Shown here piece by piece: positions 8,787-17,659 of a stretch of DNA of 40,000 bases. The position numbers and the translations under genes were made by a program. Origin of the DNA: an uncultured Actinomycetes bacterium (GTDB lineage: Bacteria; Actinomycetota; Thermoleophilia; UBA2241); the NCBI GenBank assembly GCA_963760655.1, contig CAVXDR010000001.1, positions 213,007 to 253,006 of the forward strand. Reading direction: 5' to 3'. Positions within the stretch are counted from its first letter, which is position 1, and each line of letters begins with the position of its first letter. A model generated the notes under the pieces. That model made no database searches, had not been told where the DNA came from, and saw only the letters and a program-made list of their open reading frames with translations.

Positions 8787-10739
8787 ATGCGCAGATCCGT
8801 GCGACCCATTGCGCTCGCGTCGATCGCGGCAGTGGCGCTCATCGCGCTGCTCGTCGCGTCGGCGAGCGCCGCGCCCGGCCAGGGCGTCAAGCTGGGCGGT
8901 TCGGTGCCGTCGTGGGCGCGAGCCAGCGCGCTCAAGTCGGCGGCCAGCCCGGCCGCCAGGGTCAGCTTCCAGCTCCAGCTCGGCTGGCGCAACGCCGCCT
9001 CGGCAGCCGCGCTCGCCACGGCCGTCAGCGACCCCAGGAGCCGTCTCTACGGCCACTACCTCACGGCGCCCCAGTTCCGCGTCCGCTACGCGCCGACTCA
9101 GGCGTCGGTGGCGGCCGTGCGAGCCTGGCTCACGAGCCAGGGCTTCACGGTCACCGACGTGCCGGCCAACCATCTGTACGTAGCGGCGACCGGCACGGTC
9201 GCTCAGGTCGAGGCGGCCTTTGCGGTCAAGATGAACGTCTACCGCGTACAGGGCGCTTCGCTGCGCGCCCCGGCCCAGGCGCCCACCGTCCCGGCTTCGC
9301 TGTCGCACATCGTCACCGGCGTCGTCGGCCTGGCTCAGCACGTCATGAAGCCGGCCATCATCGCACCGCCGCCGGCGGGCTTCCGCAACGGCCAGCCGTG
9401 GTCGGCGTACTGGGGCCAGATGGTCGCGACCGACAAGCCGTCGGCCTACGGCGTCTCGCAGCCCTACGCGGTCGAGGGCTACACGCCCAAGCAGCTCCGC
9501 GGCGCCTACGGTACCGCGAGCGCGATCAGGCACGGCAACGACGGCCACGGCGTGACCGTCGCCGTGATCGACGCCTTCGCGGCGCCGACCATCCTCTACG
9601 ACGTGAACCGCTTCTCCACCGACAACGGCGTACCGGCGTTCCGGCACGACCAGTTCAAGCAGATCTGGGCGCCCGGCCTGGTGGCCGAGCCGGCCACCGG
9701 CGACGAGCAGGACTGGTACGGCGAGGAGACGCTCGACATCGAGGCCGTCCACGAGATGGCGCCCGGCGCTCGGGTCGTCTTCTACGCGGCCTACTCCGAT
9801 CAGGACTCCGACATGGACGCCGCCCTCAACTGGGTCGTCGACCATCACGTCGCGCAGATCGTGAGCAACTCGTACGGCGACCTCGGCGAAGACCTGCCGG
9901 CCGACCAGATCGCGCTCGAGCGCGCCATCTTCATCCAGGCCGCCTGCGAGGGCATCGGCCTCTACTTCTCGTCGGGCGACAACGGCGACGAGGTCGACAC
10001 GCTCGGCTACGCCACGACCGACAACCCGGCCTCCAGCCCCTGGGTCACCGCCGTGGGTGGCACGTCGCTCGGCGTCGGCGCCACGAACGACTACCTGTTC
10101 GAGACCGGCTGGGGCACGACCAAGAGCGTGCTCACCGACGACGGCGGCGCTTGGGATCCCACGCCGCCCGGCAACTGGATCTACGGCGGCGGGGGCGGCA
10201 CGAGCCACATCTTCGCCGAGCCCTGGTACCAGAGGCACGTCGTGCCGCGCTCACTGAGCGGCCTGTACTCGACGACCAGCCCCAACCGCGTCGTGCCCGA
10301 CGTGGCCATGGACGGCGATCCCACGACCGGCATGCTCGTGGGCGAGACCCAGACCTGGTCCGACGGCAGCGTCTCCTACGACACCTACCGCATCGGCGGC
10401 ACGAGCGTATCGTGTCCGCTCTTCGCCGGCGTCATGGCGCTGGCCGACCAGCGGGCGCATCACGCCCACGGCTTCGTCAATCCGCTGCTCTACCTCCTCG
10501 CCAAGAGCAGGGCCTACCGCGACATCGTGAATCCGGCCGGCACCATGGCGGCCGTCCGCAGCGACTATGCCGACGGCGAGAGCGCGAGCGGCGGCCTGGT
10601 CTTCTCGCTGCGCACGCTCAACCAGACCGAGTCGCTCCAGACGACCAAGGGCTACGACGACGTGACGGGCATGGGCTCGCCCAACGGCGGCGCCTTCCTG
10701 CGGGCGCTGGGCTGGCCCGGCTGGTGGCGCCACCGCTGA
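8787..10739 (+). CDS. Secreted S53 family serine-carboxyl peptidase (sedolisin/kumamolisin-like) with pro-domain
   Basis: Signal peptide MRRSVRPIALASIAAVALIALLVASASA. The N-terminal pro-kumamolisin-like activation region includes YLTAPQFRVRYAP. Catalytic motifs are GEETLDIE, SSGDNGD and GGTSVSCPLFAG. Confidence 0.85.
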   Translation: MRRSVRPIALASIAAVALIALLVASASAAPGQGVKLGGSVPSWARASALKSAASPAARVSFQLQLGWRNAASAAALATAVSDPRSRLYGHYLTAPQFRVRYAPTQASVAAVRAWLTSQGFTVTDVPANHLYVAATGTVAQVEAAFAVKMNVYRVQGASLRAPAQAPTVPASLSHIVTGVVGLAQHVMKPAIIAPPPAGFRNGQPWSAYWGQMVATDKPSAYGVSQPYAVEGYTPKQLRGAYGTASAIRHGNDGHGVTVAVIDAFAAPTILYDVNRFSTDNGVPAFRHDQFKQIWAPGLVAEPATGDEQDWYGEETLDIEAVHEMAPGARVVFYAAYSDQDSDMDAALNWVVDHHVAQIVSNSYGDLGEDLPADQIALERAIFIQAACEGIGLYFSSGDNGDEVDTLGYATTDNPASSPWVTAVGGTSLGVGATNDYLFETGWGTTKSVLTDDGGAWDPTPPGNWIYGGGGGTSHIFAEPWYQRHVVPRSLSGLYSTTSPNRVVPDVAMDGDPTTGMLVGETQTWSDGSVSYDTYRIGGTSVSCPLFAGVMALADQRAHHAHGFVNPLLYLLAKSRAYRDIVNPAGTMAAVRSDYADGESASGGLVFSLRTLNQTESLQTTKGYDDVTGMGSPNGGAFLRALGWPGWWRHR

Positions 10740-10752
10740 GTCACCAGGCGGC

Positions 10753-10786
10753 GCGAGGCGGCGGCCCGTACGGGCCGCCGCCTCGC
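10753..10786. terminator. Bidirectional GC-rich hairpin between convergent genes
   Basis: GCGAGGCGGCGGCCCG-ta-CGGGCCGCCGCCTCGC is a perfect 16-bp stem lying between the S53 stop (10739) and the stop of the minus-strand gene (10812). Confidence 0.6.
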
Positions 10787-10811
10787 GTGCGTTCGGAGAC
10801 CTTTTCGCGCC

Positions 10812-12059
10812 CTACGACAGCCAGGGCGGCCGCGGCGCGTCGGGCGGCGGCACGAACGACTGACCCGGCATCGGGTGGAACAGACCCGGCGTGATCGGTA
10901 GCGCGGGGGAGGCTGCCGGCGGGGCTGCGATCGGTTCGGCTGCCGGGTCGGCCTCAACGACAGCCTCGGGAGCCGGCTCGGCCTCAACGACCGCTTCGGG
11001 AGCCGGCTCGGCCTCAACGACCGCTTCGGGAGCCGGCTCGGGCTCGGCGATGACTTCGGGTTCGGCGGCCGCCGGCTCGGGCTCGCTCGTGACCTCTGGG
11101 GTGGGCGCCGGCACGGCCTCGTCGACAGGCCGGTCGGAGGGCTGCGCCTCGGGCTCGGGAGCGGCTTCAGCTTCGGGCTGCGCCGCGGCCTCGACCGCGG
11201 GCTGCGCCTCGGGCTCGGGAACGGCAGCCGCCTCGGGCTCGGCCGCGTGCTGCGCCTCGGGCTCGGGAACGGCAGCCGCCTCGGCGGCGGGCTCGACCGG
11301 CTCGGGGTCGATCGTCTGGGCGGCGACCGGCACGGCCGCGGCCACCGGCACCGCCGCGGCGAGCGGTACGGCAGTGGCGACCGGCGCCTCAGGTGCGGCC
11401 GGCGCGGCGTCGATCGGCAGGGGCGGCAGCGGCAGCGCGGGCGCGTCGTCGGGGGAGCCGAACGCTTCGGGCTCGTGCCCGAGCCCGAGAGAGTCCTCGA
11501 GGTCGGCCAGCGTCTCGCCCGTGCCGGGGGTGTCACCGGTGACGAGCGGCACGCCGATGAACGCCGCGAGCTCGTGGTCGATCGTGCGGTCCTTCGAGCC
11601 TGCGAACATGGCGCCGAGCCCGCTCACGTCCTCGCTCTCGAGCAGGACGGTCGACCCGTCCTTGAGCGCCAGGACGGATGTGTCGCACCGGCGCGTCTGA
11701 CGGTTCCAGAAGCCGTTGCGGTAGGTGCTCTCTGTGGAGTAGCGCTCCTGGTAGGAGACGCAGTCGACGTCGGCGATGGGCACGGCGCGGTCGCGGCCCC
11801 GCAGCACCGACTTGGAGGCGACGGAGATCATGCCCTCGGGCCGGTCGACGGCCACGGTGAGCCGGGTGGCGCTCAGGGCGAGCAGCATGCCCACCGCCGC
11901 GACCAGGGCGCCGATCACGCCGAACAGCGGCTTGCCGTGGCTGAGCGTGAAGCCGACGAAGACGGCGCCGCACACGACCACGACGCCGCCGCCGACCATC
12001 TGGCTGTACGGCGATCGCTGCACCACGAACCGTGAATCGGACTGTTCCAGGATCTTCAT
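10812..12059 (-). CDS. Membrane-anchored protein with a Pro/Glu/Ala-rich repetitive C-terminal tail, unknown function
   Basis: Start chosen at ATG 12059 (MKILEQSD...), preceded by GGGAGGG. There are two N-terminal TM helices (GGGVVVVCGAVFVGFTL, FGVIGALVAAVGMLLAL) and a small globular domain. About 190 aa of EPEA/EPAPEAVV repeats follow. The 107 aa upstream in the listed ORF are rejected. Confidence 0.65.
   Translation of the reverse strand: MKILEQSDSRFVVQRSPYSQMVGGGVVVVCGAVFVGFTLSHGKPLFGVIGALVAAVGMLLALSATRLTVAVDRPEGMISVASKSVLRGRDRAVPIADVDCVSYQERYSTESTYRNGFWNRQTRRCDTSVLALKDGSTVLLESEDVSGLGAMFAGSKDRTIDHELAAFIGVPLVTGDTPGTGETLADLEDSLGLGHEPEAFGSPDDAPALPLPPLPIDAAPAAPEAPVATAVPLAAAVPVAAAVPVAAQTIDPEPVEPAAEAAAVPEPEAQHAAEPEAAAVPEPEAQPAVEAAAQPEAEAAPEPEAQPSDRPVDEAVPAPTPEVTSEPEPAAAEPEVIAEPEPAPEAVVEAEPAPEAVVEAEPAPEAVVEADPAAEPIAAPPAASPALPITPGLFHPMPGQSFVPPPDAPRPPWLS
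10951..11040. repeat. 30-bp tandem repeat, 3 near-identical copies (coding, EAEPAPEAVV units)
   Basis: GCCTCAACGAC(A/C)GC(C/T)TCGGGAGCCGGCTCG occurs at 10951, 10981 and 11011. Looser related repeats continue to about 11290. Confidence 0.85.
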
Positions 12060-12235
12060 GAGCGTGGCCCTCCCATCGAAACACGCGTCTTCCCTGTGAC
12101 GGCCCATCAACGGCCCGCACCGTCGCACGGTGTCTATCGGCCGCTTTGCGGCAGTCCTAGAGGGGTCGCGTGTCGAGGCGGCCGGTGCGGTGGCCGCCAG
12201 CCGACGGCCGTCGCGTACGCGCGGCGGCGCTGGGC

Positions 12236-14674
12236 TCAGCCCGCGTCGTCCGTGGGCCGCCGGCGCGCGCCGGGCAGGGAATCGAGTCGCTTGCGCAGCT
12301 TCTCGTCGTCGGGTTGCGCCGCGCACAGCGCACGCAGCTCGCCGAGCAGCGCGTCGCAGCGCTCGTGCTCGCCGCTCCACGAGGCCTCGCTCAGGCTGTC
12401 GAGGAGGGCCACAGTGAGCCGCTCGTGGAGGGCAGCGTCGCCGGGCGGCGCGGCGTCGAGCTCGCGCAGCTCCTTGAGCAGCGCGTCGCGGTGCACTCGG
12501 TCGCCCTGCCAGAGCGCTTCGCTCAGGCTGCGGGAGAGCGCCTCGCCGAGCTTCTCACGCACGGCGATGTCGCCGGGGTGCACGGCATACAGCGAGCGAA
12601 GCGTCTCGAGCAGCGCGGTCCGCTGCGCGGGGTGGCGCTCGCGGCAGGCCTGCCGTACTGCGTCCACCAGCCCGGCTGCCAGGCGGACACGCACGGTGCG
12701 GTCACCCGGGTGATCGGCGTTCAGCCTGCGCAGCTCGCCGAGCAGGGCGTCCCGGCAGGTCTCGTCGGCTTCGGCGCAGGCTTCGTCCATGCCGTCAAGG
12801 AGCGCGGTCGCTAGCTGGGCGCGTACGGCCGCGTCGCCCGGATGGTCGGCGCACAGCCGGCGCAGGCCCCCGAGGTGCTCGTCTCGGTGGCGGTGGTCGG
12901 CATGCAGACAGGCCTGTTCGACGCTCGCCGCGAGCGCCAGCGCCAGCTGGTCGACCACGGCCGACTCATACGGATGGTCGCGGCACAAACGTCGCAGCTC
13001 CTCGAGCAGGGCGTCGTGGCCCGTCCGGTCACGCGACGTCGACGCGCGGCGCACGCCGTCGGCGAGCGCCTTGGCGAGCTGGTGACGCAGCGCGGGCTCG
13101 TCGAGGTGTCGTTCCACCAGCCCACGCAACTCCCCGAGCAACGCGTCGCTCGTGCCCTCGTCGCCCGCCACGGCGGCGCGGGCCATGGCGGTCCGCAGTG
13201 CCATGCCGACGAGCGCGCCGGCCGCGCTGTGATCGCGCACGGTCGACAGGCCCCAGCCGCGCAGTGCGGAGGGCTCGGGGCAGCCGGCGCGCGATGGGAG
13301 CAAGGCCGCCGCGCCGATGCAGAGTCGCAGCGGCGCGCCCTTGAGCCCCAGGGCGTCGCGGACGTCGAGCAGCGCGGCGAGCGCCGCCGCGGTGACCCGC
13401 GCGTCGGAGTCGCCGTCGACGATGCTGCTGGCCAGGAGCGGCACGATACGGCCGACCTCGTGGCGTGCGATCGTGCGCAGCACGTGCTCGTCGCCCGAGA
13501 GCCAGAGCTCGCGTGCCGCCCGCTGACGCCCCTCGCCGCCGTACGAGGGCACGTCGTCGGAGTCTGTCGCTTCGAGGACGCCGGCCGCCTGAAGCCGCGC
13601 GACGACCCCGGGGTCGAGGCCGGCCGTGAGCGTGTCGGTGAGGACGAGCCACGCCGAGCGGTTCGTCAGGCGCGGCAGCAACGCGAGCCCGGCGAGCAGG
13701 CCTGCCTCGCGCGGCCACGAGCGGCAGTGCTCAAGCAGAAGGGGACGGAGCTCAGGGTAGCGGTCGTGATGGGCGTCGTCGGCGATGCGCTCGAGCTGCT
13801 CGGGCGTGCCGGGCTTGAGCGCGAGCCAGCGGTGCAGCACGGCCGGGCAGCCGTCGAGCAGCTCGAGCGCGTCACCCTGGCCGATGGCGCGCAGGGCCAT
13901 CACCGTGCCGATCAGGGAGCGCATGAGGCGGCGGGCCTCGGCCGGGTCGCTCAGGTCCATGCGTCCGAGTTCGTGAACGTCGGCGGCCGGACCGCCGGCC
14001 CGGCCGCCGAAACGGGTCTTCGCCTCGCCGCGCACAGGGTCGCTCGCGTCGAGGGCGACGACCACACGGCAGCCCGGCGCCTCAGCGGGCCGCTCGAGCA
14101 GGTCGCGCACCGCGACCTCGGCGGGAGCGTCGGCCGCGGTCCAGCCGTCGAGCAGCAGCACGACCGGCCGGTCGTCGGCGACGGTGAGGAGAGAGACCAG
14201 GCCGTGCAGGTCGGCAGCGCTGAGTGGGGCGGGCTCGAGGCCACGTTCGGCAGGAGGCGGGGGTGGGCGCCATGGGCGCCCGGGGACGTCGAGGAGAGGC
14301 GCGGGCAGCACCGCCATGCGCGCCGCCTCGCCTACGTGGGCCAGGCGGGCGGCCGTCTCCGCGTCAGGGTGCTCGAGTGCGAGACGACGCTCGTCGGAGG
14401 CGAGCGCTGTCGCGTAGGCGTCGATCAGGGCACAGGCGGTAAGTTCGGGGCCGTAGAGGTCGGCCTCGGCATACCCGACGACGGCACCCTCGGTGATGAG
14501 CCGCTCGCGGGCCTCCAGGAGCAGCCGGGTCTTGCCGCAGCGTGGCCGGCCGACGAGGACGGTCACACCCGGAGTACGGGCCCGGCTGAGGAGCAGGTCG
14601 AGGTCGGCCGCACGGCCGAAGAACGGTCGCTTGGGCGCTCGGTCCGTGCCGGGCGAGGTGGAAGCATCCCCCAT
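12236..14674 (-). CDS. STAND/ATPase_2-type P-loop NTPase with C-terminal array of seven 44-aa alpha-helical repeats
   Basis: 812 aa. The N-terminus FFGRAADLDLLLSRARTPGVTVLVGRPRCGKTRLLLE (Walker A) and VVLLLDGW (Walker B) are typical of the archaeal-type ATPase/STAND family. The C-terminus has 7 repeats of consensus DALLxELRxLxxxHPGDxAVRxxLAxAL.... Confidence 0.75.
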   Translation of the reverse strand: MGDASTSPGTDRAPKRPFFGRAADLDLLLSRARTPGVTVLVGRPRCGKTRLLLEARERLITEGAVVGYAEADLYGPELTACALIDAYATALASDERRLALEHPDAETAARLAHVGEAARMAVLPAPLLDVPGRPWRPPPPPAERGLEPAPLSAADLHGLVSLLTVADDRPVVLLLDGWTAADAPAEVAVRDLLERPAEAPGCRVVVALDASDPVRGEAKTRFGGRAGGPAADVHELGRMDLSDPAEARRLMRSLIGTVMALRAIGQGDALELLDGCPAVLHRWLALKPGTPEQLERIADDAHHDRYPELRPLLLEHCRSWPREAGLLAGLALLPRLTNRSAWLVLTDTLTAGLDPGVVARLQAAGVLEATDSDDVPSYGGEGRQRAARELWLSGDEHVLRTIARHEVGRIVPLLASSIVDGDSDARVTAAALAALLDVRDALGLKGAPLRLCIGAAALLPSRAGCPEPSALRGWGLSTVRDHSAAGALVGMALRTAMARAAVAGDEGTSDALLGELRGLVERHLDEPALRHQLAKALADGVRRASTSRDRTGHDALLEELRRLCRDHPYESAVVDQLALALAASVEQACLHADHRHRDEHLGGLRRLCADHPGDAAVRAQLATALLDGMDEACAEADETCRDALLGELRRLNADHPGDRTVRVRLAAGLVDAVRQACRERHPAQRTALLETLRSLYAVHPGDIAVREKLGEALSRSLSEALWQGDRVHRDALLKELRELDAAPPGDAALHERLTVALLDSLSEASWSGEHERCDALLGELRALCAAQPDDEKLRKRLDSLPGARRRPTDDAG
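12275..13147 (-). repeat. Coding tandem repeats, period about 132 bp (44 aa), 7 units
   Basis: Repeat starts fall at aa 510, 554, 599, 642, 686, 730 and 774 of the ATPase (counted by hand). The units are diverged at nucleotide level. Confidence 0.7.
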
Positions 14675-14891
14675 GTTGCTTCGCCTCTTGTCGCGACGCT
14701 CGTGACTTCATGGTAGGCCGAAGCGGTTCGCGATTCCATGGGGTCGCCGTTGACTCGAGGCGGACGGCAGGCAGGGAAGGCTAGCCCGGGTGGGGGAGAA
14801 CGTCGGCTCGGCTGTGGCTCACCCGGCGCTCGCCGTTCACGAAGCCGCTCCCTTTCGCGTACCGCGCGGCGGTGATGCTAGGCTCACATGC

Positions 14892-15164
14892 ATGCGCTAT
14901 CGCTACGTCTACTGCCGCTCGTGCGGCGCGAAGCTCTCGGGCCTCGGCTCAGAGATGGACACCGGCCGCTGCCTGCACTGCCTGGCCGAGTCCGGCGTCC
15001 GGCTGCTGGCGTCCGAACGGCAGCGCCTGCGCGAGGAGACGGCCGACTGGGGCGCGCAGAAGGTGGTGCGGCGCTGCGTGCGCTGCCAGGCGGTGCTGTC
15101 GGTCTACAACCTCGAAACCTCGTGCGAGGCCTGCCAGACGAAGGCCCGCGAGGGCGGCGGCTGA
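14892..15164 (+). CDS. Small double zinc-ribbon protein (90 aa)
   Basis: MRYRYVYCRSCGAKL...GRCLHCL ... RRCVRCQAVL...TSCEACQ gives two CxxC...CxxC pairs. Third-position GC bias is strong. It is divergent from the STAND ATPase gene. The start within ORF 14790-15164 is uncertain. Confidence 0.55.
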   Translation: MRYRYVYCRSCGAKLSGLGSEMDTGRCLHCLAESGVRLLASERQRLREETADWGAQKVVRRCVRCQAVLSVYNLETSCEACQTKAREGGG

Positions 15165-15165
15165 G

Positions 15166-15752
15166 CGGCAGCCAGGGCGAGCCTGTCGCTCGTCGCGCTT
15201 CGCCTGGCCAGCGTCGCTTGTGGCCTTCACCAGGCACGACAGGCGCTTGCCGCAGTCGTCGCGGCTGACCCGGTGGGTGCTGCTCGTGGCGCCCTTGATC
15301 GCCGCACCGTCGCGCAGCCACTGGTAGGCATAGGTCGGATCGCCGCTCCAGGTGCCGGTCAAGCAGGTGAGCGTCCCGCCCAGCACGGCCTTGCCCGCAA
15401 GCGCCGGAGCGACCGTGTTCGCCGGGCCCGTGGCACCGCCGAACACGGCGAAGTGCTCGTGGGGCCGGCCGGCGATGTCGTGGAGCTCTCCGCCGACGGA
15501 GAGCGTGTCGTCCCAGACTGCCAGGGCGAACACGTTGCCGTCGGGGGCGGGAGCCCAGCTCGCGTCGAACGCGCCGCTCGCCAGGTCGAAGCGCGCGAGA
15601 TGGTCGATCGCCGTGTCGCCGACGTTGCCGAACCAGCCGCCCACGTACAGGTCGCCGGCGGTGACGGTCAGCGGCGGTGACCGCCCCGTCTCGAGTACCT
15701 GACTCGCGGGGAAGAGGTGCCCAGGGCCCGTCGAGAACGGCGTCGGCCGGGC
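15166..15752 (-). pseudogene. Remnant of a DUF5122-type beta-propeller / Ig-like-repeat surface protein (5'- and 3'-truncated)
   Basis: The frame reads ...TVTAGDLYVGGWFGNVGDTAIDHLARFDLASGAFDASWAPAPDGNVFALAV...LSVGGELHDIAG. It continues GTLTCLTGTWSGDPTYAYQWLRDGAAIKGATSSTHRVSRDDCGKRLSCLVKATS. There is no plausible N-terminus or signal peptide (in-frame TGA at 15753-15755). The ORF tail runs antisense through the zinc-ribbon gene. Confidence 0.45.
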
Positions 15753-15892
15753 TCAGAAGATGACGGGGCGAACGGCGGCGGCAACGCATCGTCTGGCATA
15801 GGATGCTCGCCGGGAGCAGACTCGTCTCCCTATCCGGCCAACTCTGGCGGCCGACCGGGGTCCCTTACGCGCCGCCACACGCGGAGGTAGTC

Positions 15893-17659
15893 GTGACCAC
15901 TGCAAGTGACGCAGCCGCCCCGGCTGCGCTTTCCAAGGTCCCCACCGGCATCCGGGGCTTCGACGAGATCACCGAGGGCGGCCTGCCCAAGGGCCGCGTG
16001 TCGCTCGTTGCCGGGGCAGCCGGCAGCGGCAAGACCGTCCTGGCCATGGGCTTTCTGGTCAACGGCGCCGAGCAGTTCAACGAGCCCGGCCTCTTCGTGA
16101 GCTTCGAGGAGACCGCGCGCGACCTCGTGACCAACTTTGCCTCGCAGGGCTTCGATCTCAAGCGCCTGCAGAAGAAGGGGCTGCTTGCCCTCGACCACAT
16201 CCACGTCGAACGCAACGAGCTCGAGGAGACCGGCGACTACGACCTCGAGGGCCTCTTCGTGCGCCTCGGCGCCGAGATCGACGCCATCAAGGCCAAGCGT
16301 GTCGTGCTCGACACGATCGAGGTCCTCTTCTCGGCCTTCACCAACGAGGTGATCGTCCGCAGCGAGATGAAGCGCCTCTTCCAGTGGCTGGCCGACAAGG
16401 GCGTCACGGCGATCGTCACCGGCGAGAGCGGCGAGAAGACCATCACGCGCCACGGCCTCGAGGAGTACGTCGCCGACTTCGTCGTCGTCCTCACCCACCT
16501 GGTGAACGACGAGACGGCCACCCGGCGGCTGCGCATCGTCAAGTACCGCGGCTCGGCGCACGGCACCAACGAGTTCTCGTTTCTGATCGACCGGCGCGGC
16601 GTATCGGTGCTGCCGATCAGCTCGCTGGGCTTGCGTCACGAAGCCCCGACCGAGCGTCTCTCGAGCGGTATCGCGCGCCTCGACGAGATGCTCGGCGGCA
16701 AGGGCATCTACCGGGGCAGCAGCGTACTGGTGAGCGGCACGGCCGGCACCGGCAAGACCTCGATCGCGGCCCACTTCGTCGACGCCGCCTGCCGCCGCGG
16801 CGAGAAGGCGCTGTACTTCGCCTTCGAGGAGTCGCCGGCCCAGATCGCGCGCAACATGGCGTCGATCGGCCTCGACCTGGACCAGTGGCAGAAGAAGGGC
16901 CAGCTGCGCATCCACTCCGAGCGCCCTCAGAACACCGGCCTCGAGATGCACCTCGTGCGCATGAACCGCGAGATCGAGGAGTTCGCGCCCTCGGTCACCG
17001 TCGTCGACCCGATCACCAACCTGACGAGCATCGGCACCTTCTCCTCGATCCGCTCGACCCTGACGCGCATGATCGACGCCATGAAGTCGCGGCAGATCAC
17101 GGCGCTCTTCACCAGCCTGACCGAGGGCGGCGGCAGCCCCGAGGCGACCGACGTCGGCGTCTCCTCGCTCATGGACACCTGGATCCTGCTGCGCAACCTC
17201 GAGGCGGGCGGCGAGCGCACCCGGGGGCTCTACGTGCTCAAGGCGCGCGGCATGGCCCACTCCAACCAGGTCCGCGAGTTCGTGCTCTCTTCGGACGGTG
17301 TCGACCTGCTCGACATCTACGCCGGGGCCGAGGGCTTCCTGACCGGTGCCGCGCGCTCGGTCAAAGAAGCCGAGGAGCGCGCCGACGCCCTGAGGCGCAG
17401 TCGCGCGATCGAAGAAACCGAGCATGAGATCGCGCGAAAGCGTAAGCTCATGGCGGCCGAGCTGGAGAGGCTCAAAGCCCAGTACGAGGTCGAGATCGAG
17501 ACCCTTGAGAACGCCGTCTTTGAGCAGCGCATGAGGCAAGAGGCCGCCGCCTCAGGCAAAGCCGCGGTGCGCGCGGCTCGCGGCGACGGCGGCTCTCGTT
17601 CCGCCGGCAAGAAGTCGGCCGCGCCTCGCCGCGGCTCCGGGCCGAAGGCACGGCCGTGA
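15893..17659 (+). CDS. kaiC: Circadian clock protein KaiC homologue (double RecA/DnaB-like ATPase) with C-terminal coiled-coil extension
   Basis: TGIRGFDEITEGGLPKGRVSLVAGAAGSGKT (CI Walker A) and SGIARLDEMLGGKGIYRGSSVLVSGTAGTGKT (CII Walker A). GVSSLMDTWILL aligns with HISTITDTIILL, the phosphosite region. GTG 15893 is preceded by GGAGG. The C-terminal roughly 100 aa are heptad-like (EERADALRRSRAIEETEHEIARKRKLMAAELERLKAQYEVEIETLEN). Confidence 0.9.
   Translation: MTTASDAAAPAALSKVPTGIRGFDEITEGGLPKGRVSLVAGAAGSGKTVLAMGFLVNGAEQFNEPGLFVSFEETARDLVTNFASQGFDLKRLQKKGLLALDHIHVERNELEETGDYDLEGLFVRLGAEIDAIKAKRVVLDTIEVLFSAFTNEVIVRSEMKRLFQWLADKGVTAIVTGESGEKTITRHGLEEYVADFVVVLTHLVNDETATRRLRIVKYRGSAHGTNEFSFLIDRRGVSVLPISSLGLRHEAPTERLSSGIARLDEMLGGKGIYRGSSVLVSGTAGTGKTSIAAHFVDAACRRGEKALYFAFEESPAQIARNMASIGLDLDQWQKKGQLRIHSERPQNTGLEMHLVRMNREIEEFAPSVTVVDPITNLTSIGTFSSIRSTLTRMIDAMKSRQITALFTSLTEGGGSPEATDVGVSSLMDTWILLRNLEAGGERTRGLYVLKARGMAHSNQVREFVLSSDGVDLLDIYAGAEGFLTGAARSVKEAEERADALRRSRAIEETEHEIARKRKLMAAELERLKAQYEVEIETLENAVFEQRMRQEAAASGKAAVRAARGDGGSRSAGKKSAAPRRGSGPKARP

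Noticed and set aside
6882-10238. 1118-aa minus-strand ORF antisense to addA and the S53 peptidase gene
   Set aside because: It spans two unrelated plus-strand genes and their intergenic region, and has no recognisable domains.
8912-10894. 660-aa plus-strand ORF in an alternative frame of the S53 peptidase gene
   Set aside because: It is an Arg/Gly-rich off-frame product. The 8787 frame has a signal peptide and sedolisin catalytic motifs.
10900-11300. Possible CRISPR array suggested by regularly spaced short repeats
   Set aside because: The repeats are directly tandem with no unique spacers, and they lie in frame inside a coding region (PE/PA-rich tail). No repeat-spacer architecture was seen anywhere in the window, including next to the Cas1-like gene.
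12060-12380. Upstream 107-aa extension of the minus-strand ORF 10812-12380
   Set aside because: The extension is Arg/Ala-rich and lacks a ribosome-binding site. ATG 12059 has a GGGAGGG SD, and the protein starts sensibly just before the TM helices.
12842-14716. 624-aa plus-strand ORF antisense to the STAND ATPase
   Set aside because: It has no motifs. The minus strand has Walker A/B motifs and ordered 44-aa repeats.
15830-17539. 569-aa minus-strand ORF antisense to kaiC
   Set aside because: kaiC on the plus strand is unambiguous, and this ORF has an antisense composition.
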